From the human T2T-CHM13v2.0 reference genome, Homo sapiens, in NCBI RefSeq assembly GCF_009914755.1, contig NC_060925.1: a stretch of 64,000 bases of DNA; one strand, 5' to 3'. Below, piece after piece: positions 29,801 to 44,580 of the stretch (positions within the stretch are counted from its first letter, which is position 1; each line of letters opens with the position of its first letter). The translations under genes and the position numbers were made by a program. The notes below the pieces were generated by a model. It saw nothing but the letters and a program-made list of their open reading frames with translations, was not told where the DNA came from and searched no databases.

Positions 29801-32800
29801 AATAAAATTGATTGAAATCATCATCAAATGGAATCGAATGGTATCATTGAATGGAATCGAATGGAATCATCATCAGATGGAAATGAATGGAATCGTCATA
29901 GAATGGAATCGAATGGATTCATTGAATGGAATCAGATGGAATCATCTAATGGACTGGAATGGAATCACTGAATGGACTCGAAAGGGATCATCATTGAATG
30001 GAATTGAATGGAATCATCGAATGGTCTCGATTGGAATCATTATCAAATGGAATCGAATGAAATCACCGAATAGAATCGAATGGAGCAATCATCGAATGGA
30101 CTCAAATGGAATTATCTTCAAATGGAATCGAATGGAATTATCGAATGCAATCGAAAGGAATTATCGAATGCAATCGAATAGAATCATCGAATGGACTCGA
30201 ATGGAATCATCGAATGGAATGGAATGGACCAGTCAATGAACTCGAATGGAATCATCATTGAATGGAATCGAATGGAATCATCGAGTGGAATCGAATGGAA
30301 TTATGATCAAATGGAATCGAATGTAATCATCATCAAATGGAATCAAAGTAGCCATCATCAATTGGTAATGAATGGATTTGTCATCAAATGGAATTCAAAG
30401 GAATCGTCATCAAATGGAACCGAATGGAATCCTCATTGAATGGAAATGAAAGGGGTCATCATCTAATGGAATCGCATGGAATCATCATCAAATGGAATCG
30501 AATGCAATCTTCATCAAATGGAATCTAATGGAATCATTGAACAGAATTGAATGGAATCGTCATCGAATGAATTGAATGCAATCATCGAATGGTCTCGAAT
30601 GGAATCATCTTCTAATGGAAAGGAATGGAATCATCGCATAGAATCGAATGGAATTAACATTGAATGGACTCGAATGGAATCAACATCAAACGGAATCAAG
30701 CGGAATTATCGAATGGAATCGAAGAGAATCATCGAATGGACTCGAATGGAATCATCTAATGGAATGGAATGGAATAATCCACGGACTCGAATGCAATCAT
30801 CATCGTATAGAATCGAATGGAATCATCGAATGGACTCGAATGGAATAATCATTGAACGGAATCAAATGGAATCATCATCGGATGGAAACGAATGGAATCA
30901 TCATCGAATGGAAATGAAAAGAGTCATCATCTAATGGAATTGCATGGAATCATCATAAAATGGAATCGAATGGAATCAACATCAAATGGAATCAAATGGA
31001 ATCATTGAACGGAATTGAATGGAATCGTCATCGAATGAATTGAATGCAATCATCGAATGGTCTCGAATGGAATCATCTTCAAATGGAATGGTATGGAATC
31101 CTCGCATAGAATCGAATGTAATTATCATCGAATGGAATCGAATGAAATCAACAACAAACGGAAAAAAAAGGAATTATCGAATGGAATCGAAGAGAATCAT
31201 CGAATGGACCCGAATGGAATCATCTAATGGAATGGAATGGAATAATCCATGGACTCGAATGCAATCATCATCGAATGGAATCGAATCGAATCATCGAATG
31301 GACTCGAATGGAATAATCATTGAACGTAATCGCATGGAGTCATCATCGCATGGAACTGAATGGCATCATCATCGAATGGAATCGAATAGAATTATGGAAT
31401 GAAATCCAGTGTGATCATCATCGAATGGACCCGAATGGAATCATCATCCAACGGAAGCTAATGGAATCAACATCGAATGAATCAAATGGAAACACCATCG
31501 AATTGAAACGAATGGAATTATCATGAAATTGAAATGGATGGACTCATCATCGAATGGATTCGAATGGAATCATCGAATAAAATTGATTGAAATCATCATC
31601 AAATGGAATCGAATGGTATCATTGAATGGAATCGAATGGAATCATCATCAGATGGAAATGAATGGAATCGTCATAGAATGGAATCGAATGGATTCATTGA
31701 ATGGAATCAGATGGAATCATCGAATGGACTGGAATGGAATCATTGAATGGACTCGAAAGGGATCATTATTGAATGGAATTGAATGGAATCATCGAATGGT
31801 CTCGATTGGAATCATTATCAAATGGAATCGAATGGAATCACCGAATAGAATCGAATGGAACAATCATCGAATGGACTCAAATGGAATTATCCTCAAATGG
31901 AATCGAATGGAATTATCGAATGCAATTGAATGGAATTATCGAATGCAATCGAATAGAATCATCGAATGGACTCGAATGGAATCATCGAATGGAATGGAAT
32001 GGAACAGTCAATGAACTCGAATGGAATCATCACTGAATGGAATCGAATGGAATCATCGAGTGGAATCGAATGGAATTATGATCAAATGGAATCGAATGTA
32101 ATCATCATCAAATGGAATCAAAAATAACCATCATCAATTGGTATTGAATGGAATTGTCATCAAATGGAATTCAAAGGAATCATCATCAAATGGAACCGAA
32201 TGGAATCCTCATTGAATGGAAATGAAAGGGGTCATCATCTAATGGAATCGCATGGAATCATCATCAAATGGAATCGAATGGAATCATCATCAAATGGAAT
32301 CTGATGGAATCATTGAACAGAATTGAATGGAATCGTCATCGAATGAATTGAATGCAATCATCGAATGGTCTCGAATGGAATCATCTTCTAATGGAAAGGA
32401 ATGGAATCATCGCATAGAATCGAATGGAATTAACATCGAATGGACTCGAATGGAATCAATATCAAACGGAATCAAGCGGAATTATCGAATGGAATCGAAG
32501 AGAATCATAGAATGGACTCGAATGGAATCATCTAATGGAATGGAATGGAATAATCCACGGACCCGAATGCAATCATCATCGAATGGAATCGAATGGAATC
32601 ATCGAATGGACTCGAATGGAATAATCATTGAACGGAATCGAATGGAATCATCATCGGATGGAAACGAATGGAATCATCATTGAATGGAAATGGAAGGAGT
32701 CATCATCTAATGGAATTGCATGGAATCATCATCAAATGGAATCGAATGGAATCAACATCAAATGGAATCAAATGGAATCATTGAACGGAATTGAATGGAA

Positions 32801-34234
32801 TCGTCATCGAATGAATTGAATGCAATCATCGAATGGTCTCGAATGGAATCATCTTCAAATGGAATGGAATGGAATCATCGCATAGAATCGAATGGAATTA
32901 TCATCGAATGGAATCGAATGGTATCAACATCAAACGGAAAAAAAAGGAATTATCGAATGGAATCGAAGAGAATCATCGAACGGACCCGAATGGAATCATC
33001 TAATGGAATGGAATGGAATAATCCATGTACTCGAATGCAATCATCATCGAATGGAATCGAATGGAATCATCGAATGGACTCGAATGGAATAATCATTGAA
33101 CGGAATCGAATGGAATCATCATCGGATGGAAACGAATGGAATCATCATCGAATGGAAATGAAAGGAGTCATTATCTAATGGAATTGCATGGAATCATCAT
33201 CAAATGGAATCGAATGGAATCAACATCAAATGGATTCAAATGGAATCATTGAACGGAATTGAATGGAATCGTCATCGAATGAATTGAATGCAATCATCGA
33301 ATGGTCTCGAATGGAATCATCTTCAAATGGAATGGAATTGAATCATCGCATAGAATCGAATGGAATTATCATCGAATGGAATCGAATGGAATCAACATCA
33401 AACGGAAAAAAACGGAATTATCGAATGGAATCGAAGAGAATCATCGAATGGACCCGAATGGAATCATCTAATGGAATGGAATGGAATAATCCACGGACTC
33501 GAATGCAATCATCGTCGAATGGAATCGAATGGAATCATCGAATGGACTCGAATGGAATAATCATTGAACGGAATCGAATGGAATCATCATCGGATGGAAA
33601 CGAATGGAATCATCATCGATTCGAAATGAAAGGAGTCATCATCTAATGGAATTGCATGGAATCATCATAAAATGGAATCGAATGCAATCAACATCAAATG
33701 GAATCAAATGGAATCATTGAACGGAATTGAATGGAATCGTCATCGAATGAATTGAATGCAATCATCAAATGGTCTCGAATGGAATCATCTTCAAATGGAA
33801 TGGAATGGAATCATCGGATAGAATCGAATGGAATTATCATCGAATGGAATCGAATGGTATCAACATCAAACGGAAAAAAACGGAATTTTCGAATGGAATC
33901 GAAGAGAATCATCGAATGGACCCGAATGCAATCATCTAATGGAATGGAATGGAATAATCAATGGACTCGAATGCAATCATCATCGAATGGAATCGAATGG
34001 AATCATCGAATGAACTCGAATGGAATAATCATTGAACGGAATCGAATGGAATCATCATCGGATGGAAATGAATGGAATCATCATCGAATGGAATCGAATA
34101 GAATTATGGAATGAAATCCAGTGTGATCATCATCGAATGGACCCGAATGGAATCATCATCCAACGGAAGCTAATGGAATCAACATTGAATGAATCTAATG
34201 GAAACACCATCGAATTGAAACGAATGGAATTATC

Positions 34235-35565
34235 ATGAAATTGAAATGGATGGACTCATCATCGAATGGATTCGAATGGAATCATCGAATAAAATTGATT
34301 GAAATCATCATCAAATGGAATCGAATGGTATCATTGAATGGAATCGAATGGAATCATCATCAGATGGAAATGAATGGAATCGTCATAGAATGGAATCGAA
34401 TGGATTCATTGAATGGAATCAGATGGAATCATCGAATGGACTGGAATGGAATCATTGAATGGACTCGAAAGGGATCATTATTGAACGGAATTGAATGGAA
34501 TCATCGAATGGTCTCGATTGGAATCATTATCAAATGGAATCGAATGGAATCACCGAATAGAATCGAATGGAACAATCATCGAATGGACTCAAATGGAATT
34601 ATCCTCAAATGGAATGGAATGGAATTATCGAATGCAATCGAATGGAATTATCGAATGCAATCGAATGGAATTATCGAATGCAATCGAATAGAATCATCGA
34701 ATGGACTCGAATGGAATCATCGAATGGAATGGAATGGAACAGTCAATGAACTCGAATGGAATCATCATTGAATGGAATCGAAAGGAATCATCGAGTGGAA
34801 TCGAATGGAATTATGATCAAATGGAATCGAATGTAATCATCATCAAATGGAATCAAAAATAACCATCATCAATTGGTATTGAATGGAATTGTCATCAAAT
34901 GGAATTCAAAGGAAACATCATAAAATGGAACCGAATGGAATCCTCATTGAATGGAAATGAAAGGGGTCATCATCTAATGGAATCGCATGGAATCATCATC
35001 AAATGGAATCGAATGGAATCATCATCAAATGGAATCTGATGGAATCATTGAACAGAATTGCATGGAATCGTCATCGAATGAATTGAATGCAATCATCGAA
35101 TGGTCTCGAATGGAATCATCTTCTAATGGAAAGGAATGGAATCATCGCATAGAATCGAATGGAATTAACATCGAATGGACTCGAATGGAATCAATATCAA
35201 ACGGAATCAAGCGGAATTATCGAATGGAATCGAAGAGAATCATAGAATGGACTCGAATGGAATCATCTAATGGAATGGAATGGAATAATCCACGGACCCG
35301 AATGCAATCATCATCGAATGGAAACGAATGGAATCATCGAATGGACTCGAATGGAATAATCATTGAACGGAATCGAATGGAATCATCATCGGATGGAAAT
35401 GAATGGAATCATCATCGAATGGAATCGAATAGAATTATGGAATGAAATCCACTGTGATCATCATCGAATGGACCCGAATGGAATCATCATCCAACGGAAG
35501 CTAATGGAATCAACATCGAATGGATCCAATGGAAACACCATCGAATTGAAACGAATGGAATTACC
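34235..35565 (+). repeat. Single-module unit (1308 + 23 = 1331 bp)
   Basis: There is only one module (start 35062) between markers 34235 and 35566. The 23-mer GGAATTATCGAATGCAATCGAAT occurs three times instead of twice (34621-34689). Confidence 0.88.
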
Positions 35566-37773
35566 ATGAAATTGAAATGGATGGACTCATCATCGAATGG
35601 ATTCGAATGGAAACATCGAATAAAATTGATTGAAATCATCATCGAATGGAATCGAATGGTATCATTGAATGGAATCGAATGGAATCATTATCAGATGGAA
35701 ATGAATGGAATCGTCATAGAATGGAATCGAATGGATTCATTGAATGGAATCAGATGGAATCATCGAATGTACTGGAATGGAATCATTGAATGGACTCGAA
35801 AGGGATCATGATTGAATGGAATTGAATGGAATCATCGAATGGTCTCGATTGGAATCATTATCAAATGGAATCGAATGGAATCACCGAATAGAATCGAATG
35901 GAACAATCATCGAATGGACTCAAATGGAATTATCCTCAAATGGAATCGAATGGAATTATCGAATGCAATCGAATGGAATTATCGAATGCAATCGAATAGA
36001 GTCATCGAATGGACTCGAATGGAATCATCGAATGGAATGGAATGGAACAGTCAATGAACTCGAATGGAATCATCATTGAATGGAATCGAATGGAATCATC
36101 GAGTGGAATCGAATGGAATTATGATCAAATGGAATCGAATGTAATCATCATCAAATGGAATCAAAAATAATCATCATCAATTGGTATTGAATGGAATTGT
36201 CATCAAATGGAATTCAATGGAAACATCATCAAATGGAACCGAATGGAGTCCTCATTGAATGGAAATGAAAGGGGTCATCATCTAATGGAATCGCATGGAA
36301 TCATCATCAAATGGAATCGAATGGAATCAACATCAAATGGAATCTGATGGAATCATTGAACAGAATTGAATGGAATCGTCATCGAATGAATTGAATGCAA
36401 TCATCGAATGGTCTCGAATGGAATCATCTTCTAATGGAAAGGAATGGAATCATCGCACAGAATCGAATGGAATTATCATCGAATGGAATCGAATGGTATC
36501 AACACCAAACGGAAAAAAACGGAATTATCGAATGGAATCAAAGAGAATCTTCGAACGGACCCGAATGGAATCATCTAATGGAATGGAATGGAATAATCCA
36601 TGGACTGGAAGGCAATCATCATCGAATGGAATCGAATGGAATCATCGAATGGACTCGAATGGAATAATCATTGAACGGAATCGAATGGAATCATCATCGG
36701 ATGGAAACGAATGGAATCATCATCGAATGGAAATGAAAGGAGTCATCATCTAATGGAATTGCATGGAATCATCATAAAATGGAATCGAATGGAATCAACA
36801 TCAAATGGAATCAAATGGAATCATTGAACGGAATTGAATGGAATCATCATCGAATGAATTGAATGCAATCATCGAATGGTCTCGAATGGAATCATCTTCA
36901 AATGGAATGGAATGGAATCATCGCATAGAATCGAATGGAATTATCATCGAATGGAATCGAATGGAATCAACATCAAACGGAAAAAAACGGAATTATCGAA
37001 TGGAATCGAAGAGAATCATCGAATGGACCCGAATGGAATCATCTAATGGAATGGAATGGAATAATCCATGGACTCGAATGCAATCATCATCGAATGGAAT
37101 CGAATGGAATCATCGAATGGACTCGAATGGAATAATCATTGAACGGAATCGAATGGAATCATCATCGGATGGAAACGAATGGAATCATCATCGAATGGAA
37201 ATGAAAGGAGTCATCATGCAATGGAATTGCATGGAATCATCATAAAATGGAATCGAATGGAATCAACATCAAATAGAATCAAATGGAATCATTGAACGGA
37301 ATTGAATGGAATCGTCATCGAATGAATTGAATGCAATCATCGAATGGTCTCGAATGGAATCATCTTCAAATGGAATGGAATGGAATCATCGCATAGAATC
37401 GAATGGAATTATCATCGAATGGAATCGAATGGAATCAACATCAAACAGAAAAAAACGGAATTATCGAATGGAATCGAAGAGAATCATCGAACGGACCCGA
37501 ATGGAATCATCTAATGGAATGGAATGGAATAATCCATGGACTCGAATGCAATCATCATCGAATGGAATCGAATGGAATCATCGAATGGACTCGAATGGAA
37601 TAATCATTGAACGGAATCGAATGGAATCATCATCGGATGGAAACGAATGGAATCATCATCGAATGGAAATGAAAGGAGTCATCATCTAATGGAATTGCAT
37701 GGAATCATCATAAAATGGAATCGAATGGAATCAACATCAAATGGAATCAAATGGAATCATTGAACGGAATTGA

Positions 37774-40700
37774 ATGGAATCGTCATCGAATGAATTGAAT
37801 GCAATCATCGAATGGTCTCGAATGGAATCATCTTCAAATGGAATGGAATGGAATCATCGCATAGAATCGAATGGAATTATCATCGAATGGAATCGAATGG
37901 AATCAACATCAAACGGAAAAAAACGGAATTATCGAATGGAATCGAAGAGAATCATCGAATGGACCCGAATGGAATCATCTAATGGAATGGAATGGAATAA
38001 TCCATGGACTCGAATGCAATCATCATCGAATGGAATCGAATGGAATCATCGAATGGACTCGAATGGAATAATCATTGAACGGAATCGAATGGAATCATCA
38101 TCGGATGGAAATGAATGCAATCATCATCGAATGGAATCGAATAGAATTATGGAATGAAATCCAGTGTGATCATCATCGAATGGACCCGAATGGAATCATC
38201 ATCCAACGGAAGCTAATGGAATCAACATCGAATGAATCGAATGGAAACACCATCGAATTGAAACGAATGGAGTTACCATGAAATTGAAATGGATGGACTC
38301 ATCATCGAATGGATTCGAATGGAATCATCGAATAAAATTGATTGAAATCATCATCGAATGGTATCATTGAATGGAATCGAATGGAATCATCATCAGATGG
38401 AAATGAATGGAATCGTCATAGAATGGAATCGAATGGATTCATTGAATGGAATCAGATGGAATCATCGAATGGACTGGAATGGAATCATTGAATGGACTCG
38501 AAAGGGATCATTATTGAATGGAATTGAATGGAATCATCGAATGGTCTCGATTGGAATCATTATCAAATGGAATCGAATGGAATCACCGAATAGAATCGAA
38601 TGGAACAATCATCGAATGGACTCAAATGGAATTATCCTCCATTGGAATCGAATGGAATTATCGAATGCAATCGAATGGAATTATCGAATGCAATCGAATA
38701 GAATCATCGAATGGACTCGAATGGAATCATCGAATGGAATGGAATGGAACAGTCAATGAACTCGAATGGAATCATCATTGAATGGAATCGAATGGAATCA
38801 TCGAGTGGAATCGAATGGAATTATGATCAAATGGAATCGAATGTAATCATCATCAAATGGAATCAAAAATAACCATCATCAATTGGTATTGAATGGAATT
38901 GTCATCAAATGGAATTCAAAGGAATCATCATCAAATGGAACCGAATGGAATCCTCATTGAATGGAAATGAAAGGGGTCATCATCTAATGGAATCGCATGG
39001 AATCATCATCAAATGGAATCGAATGGAATCATCATCAAATGGAATCTGATGGAATCATTGAAAAGAATTGAATGGAATCGTCATCGAATGAATTGAATGC
39101 AATCATCGAATGGTCTCGAATGGAATCATCTTCTAATGGAAAGGAATGGAATCATCGCATAGAATCGAATGGAATTATCATCGAATGGAATCGAATGGTA
39201 TCAACACCAAACGGAAAAAAACGGAATTTTCGAATGGAATCGAAGAGAATCTCCGAACGGACCCGAATGGAATCATCTAATGGAATGGAATGGAATAATC
39301 CATGGACTCGAATGCAATCATCATCGAATGGAATCGAATGGAATCATCGAATGGACTCGAATGGAATAATCATTGAGCGGAATCGAATGGAATCATCATC
39401 GGATGGAAACGAATGGAATCATCATCGAATGGAAATGAAAGGAGTCATCATCTAATGGAATTGCATGGAATCATCATAAAATGGAATCGAATGGAATCAA
39501 CATCAAATGGAATCAAATGGAATCATTGAACGGAATTGAATGGAATCGTCATCGAATGAATTGAATGCAATCATCGAATGGTCTCGAATGGAATCATCTT
39601 CAAATGGAATGGAATGGAATCATCGCATAGAATCGAATGGAATTATCATCGAATGGAATCGAATGGAATCAACATCAAACGGAAAAAAACGGAATTATCG
39701 AATGGAATCGAAGAGAATCATCGAATGGACCCGAATGGAATCATCTAATGGAATGGAATGGAATAATCCATGGACTCGAATGCAATCATCATCGAATGGA
39801 ATCGAATGGAATCATCGAATGGACTCGAATGGAATAATCATTGAACGGAATCGAATGGAATCATCATCGGATGGAAATGAATGCAATCATCATCGAATGG
39901 AATCGAATAGAATTATGGAATGAAATCCAGTGTGATCATCATCGAATGGACCCGAATGGAATCATCATCCAACGGAAGCTAATGGAATCAACATCGAATG
40001 AATCGAATGGAAACACCATCGAATTGAAACGAATGGAGTTACCATGAAATTGAAATGGATGGACTCATCATCGAATGGATTCGAATGGAATCATCGAATA
40101 AAATTGATTGAAATCATCATCGAATGGAATCGAATGGTATCATTGAATGGAATCGAATGGAATCATCATCAGATGGAAGTGAATGGAATCGTCATAGAAT
40201 GGAATCGAATGGATTCATTGAATGGAATCAGATGGAATCATCGAATGGACTGGAATGGAATCATTGAATGGACTCGAAAGGGATCATTATTGAATGGAAT
40301 TGAATGGAATCATCGAATGGTCTCGATTGGAATCATTATCAAATGGAATCGAATGGAATCACCGAATAGAATCGAATGGAACAATCATCGAATGGACTCA
40401 AATGGAATTATCCTCAAATGGAATCGAATGGAATTATCGAATGCAATCGAATGGAATTATCGAATGCAATCGAATAGAATCATCGAATGGACTCGAATGG
40501 AATCATCGAATGGAATGGAATGGAATAGTCAATGAACTCGAATGGAATCATCATTGAATGGAATCGAATGGAATCATCGAGTGGAATCGAATGGAATTAT
40601 GATCAAATGGAATCGAATGTAATCATCATCAAATGGAATCAAAAAAAACCATCATCAATTGGTATTGAATGGAATTGTCATCAAATGGAATTCAAAGGAA

Positions 40701-41270
40701 TTATCATCAAATGGAACCGAATGGAATCCTCATTGAATGAAAATGAAAGGGGTCATCATCTAATGGAATCGCATGGAATCATCATCAAATGGAATCGAAT
40801 GGAATCATCATCAAATGGAATCTAATGGAATCATTGAAAAGAATTGAATGGAATCGTCATCTAATGAATTGAATGCAATCATCGAATGGTCTCGAATGGA
40901 ATCATCTTCTAATGGAAAGGAATGGAATCATCGCATAGAATCGAATGGAATTATCATCGAATGGAATCGAATGGTATCAACACCAAACGGAAAAAAACGG
41001 AATTTTCGAATGGAATCGAAGAGAATCTCCGAACGGACCCGAATGGAATCATCTAATGGAATGGAATGGAATAATCCATGGACTCGAATGCAATCATCAT
41101 CGAATGGAATCGAATGGAATCATCGAATGGACTCGAATGGAATAATCATTGAACGGAATCGAATGGAATCATCATCGGATGGAAACGAATGGAATCATCA
41201 TCGAATGGAAATGAAAGGAGTCATCATCTAATGGAATTGCATGGAATCATCATAAAATGGAATCGAATGG
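37774..41270 (+). repeat. Recent 1766-1776-bp tandem duplication
   Basis: 37774/39540, 38278/40044 and 39072/40848 share AATGAATGCAATC, GGAGTTACC, GAAAAGAATT, GGAATTTTCG and ATCTCCGAAC. A 10-bp deletion near 38355 is present in the first copy only. Confidence 0.85.
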
Positions 41271-44200
41271 AATCAACATCAAATAGAATCAAATGGAATC
41301 ATTGAACGGAATTGAATGGAATCGTCGTCGAATGAATTGAATGCAATCATCGAATGGTCTCGAATGGAATCACCTTCAAATGGAATGGAATGGAATCATC
41401 GCATAGAATCGAATGGAATTATCATCGAATGGAATCGAATGGAATCAACATCAAACGGAAAAAAACGGAATTATCGAATGGAATCGAAGAGAATCATCGA
41501 ACGGACCCGAATGGAATCATCTAATGGAATGGAATGGAATAATCCTTGGACTCGAATGCAATCATCATCGAATGGAATCGAATGGAATCATCGAATGGAC
41601 TCGAATGGAATAATCATTGAACGGAATCGAATGGAATCATCATCGGATGGAAACGAATGGAATCATCATCGAATGGAAATGAAAGGAGTCATCATCTAAT
41701 GGAATTGCATGGAATCATCATAAAATGGAATCGAATGGAATCAACATCAAATGGAATCAAATGGAATCATTGAACGGAATTGAATGGAATCGTCATCGAA
41801 TGAATTGAATGCAATCATCGAATGGTCTCGAATGGAATCATCTTCAAATGGAATGGAATGGAATTATCGAATGCAATCGAATGGAATTATCGAATGCAAT
41901 CGAATGGAATTATCGAATGCAATCGAATAGAATCATCAAATGGACTCGAATGGAATCATCGAATGGAATGGAATGGAACAGTCAATGAACTCGAATGGAA
42001 TCATCATTGAATGGAATCGAAAGGAATCATCGAGTGGAATCGAATGGAATTATGATCAAATGGAATCGAATGTAATCATCATCAAATGGAATCAAAAATA
42101 ACCATCATCAATTGGTATTGAATGGAATTGTCATCAAATGGAATTCAAAGGAAACATCATAAAATGGAACCGAATGGAATCCTCATTGAATGGAAATGAA
42201 AGGCGTCATCATCTAATGGAATCGCATGGAATCATCATCAAATGGAATCGAATGGAATCATCATCAAATGGAATATGATGGAATCATTGAACAGAATTGT
42301 ATGGAATCGTCATCGAATGAATTGAATGCAATCATCGAATGGTCTTGAATGGAATCATCATCTAATGGAAAGGAATGGAATCATCGCATAGAATCGAATG
42401 CAATTATCATCGAATGGAATCGAATGGAATCAACATCAAACGGAAAAAAACGGAATTATCGAATGGAATCGAAGAGAATCATCGAATGGACCCGAATGGA
42501 ATCATCTAATGGAATGGAATGGAATAATCCATGGACTCGAATGCAATCATCATCGAATGGAATCCAATGGAATCATCGAATGTACTCGAATGGAATAATC
42601 ATTGAACGGAATCGAATGGAATCATCATCGGATGGAAATGAATGGAATCATCATCGAATGGAATCGAATAGAATTATGGAATGAAATCCAGTGTGATCAT
42701 CATCGAATGGACCCGAATGGAATCATCATCCAACGGAAGCTTATGGAATCAACATCGAATGAATCAAATGGAAACACCATCGAATTGAAACGAATGGAAT
42801 TATCATGAAATTGAAATGGATGGACTCATCATCGAATGGATTCGAATGGATTCACCGAATAAAATTGATTGAAATCATCATCAAATGGAATCCAATGGTA
42901 TCATTGAATGGAATCGAATGGAATCATCATCAGATGGAAATTAATGGAATCGTCATAGAATGGAATCGAATGGATTCATTGAATGGAATCAGATGGAATC
43001 ATCGAATGGACTGGAATGGAATCATTGAATGGACTCGAAAGGGATCATTATTGAATGGAATTGAATGGAATCATCTTATGGTCTCGATTGGAATCATTAT
43101 CAAATGGAATCGAATGGAATCACCGAATAGAATCGAATGGAACAATCATCGAATGGACTCAAATGAAATTATCCTCAAATGGAATCGAATGGAATTATCA
43201 AATGCAATCGAATGGAATTATCGAATGCAATCGAATAGAATCATCGAATGGACTCGAATGGAATCATCGAATGGAATGGAATGGAAAAGTCAATGAACAC
43301 GAATGGAATCATCACTGAATGGAATCGAATGGAATCATCGAGTGGAATCGAATGGAATTATGATCAAATGGAATCGAATGTAATCCTCATCAAATGGAAT
43401 CAAAAATAACCATCATCAATTGGTATTGAATGGAATTGTCATCAAATGGAATTCAAAGGAATCATCATCAAATGGAACTGAATGGAATCCTCATTGAATG
43501 GAAATGAAAGGGGTCATCATCTAATGGAATCGCATGGAATAATCATCAAATGGAATCGAATGGAATCATCATCAAATGGAATCTAATGGAAACATTGAAC
43601 AGAATTGAATGGAATCGTCGTCGAAAGAATTGAATGCAATCATCGAATGGTCTCGAATGGAATCATATTGTAATGGAAACAAATGGAATCATCGCATAGA
43701 ATCGAATGGAATTATCATCGAATGGAATCGAATGGTATCAACATCAAACGGAAAAAAACGGAATTATCGAATGGAATCGAAGAGAATCTTCGAACGGACC
43801 CGAATAGAATCATCTAATGGAATGGAATGGAATAATCCATGGACTCGAATGCAATCATCATCGAATGGAATCGAATGGAATCATCGAATGGACTCGAATG
43901 GAATAATCATTGAACGGAATCGAATGGAATCATCTTCGGATGGAAACGAATGGAATCATCATCGAATGGAAATGAGAGGAGTCATCATCTAATGGAATTG
44001 CATGGAATCATCATAAAATGGAATCGAATGGAATCAACATCAAATGGAATCAAATGGAATCATTGAACGGAATTGAATGGAATGGTCATCGAATGAATTG
44101 AATGCAATAATCGAATGGTCTCGAATGGAATCATCTTCAAATGGAATGGAATGGAATCATCGCATAGAATCGAATGGAATTATCATCGAATGGAATCGAA

Positions 44201-44580
44201 TGGAATCAACATCAAACGGAAAAAAACGGAATTATCGAATGTAATCGAAGAGAATCATCGAATGGACCCGAATGGAATCGTCTAATGGAATGGAATGGAA
44301 TAATCCGTGGACTCGAATGCAATCATCATCAAATGGAATCGAATGGAATCATCGAATGGACTCGAATGGAATAATCATTGAACGGAATCGAATGGAATCA
44401 TCATCGGTTGGAAATGAATGGAATCATCATCGAATGGAATCGAATAGAATTATGGAATGAAATCCAGTGTGATCATCATCGAATGGACCCGAATGGAATC
44501 ATCATCCAACGGAAGCTAATGGAATCAACATCGAATGAATCGAATGGAAACACCATCGAATTGAAACGAATGGAATTATC

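Noticed and set aside
39223-39235. GAATTTTC as a heat-shock element (also ~33863, ~41000)
   Set aside because: Only two inverted nGAAn units are present, arising from a single substitution; a canonical HSE needs three.
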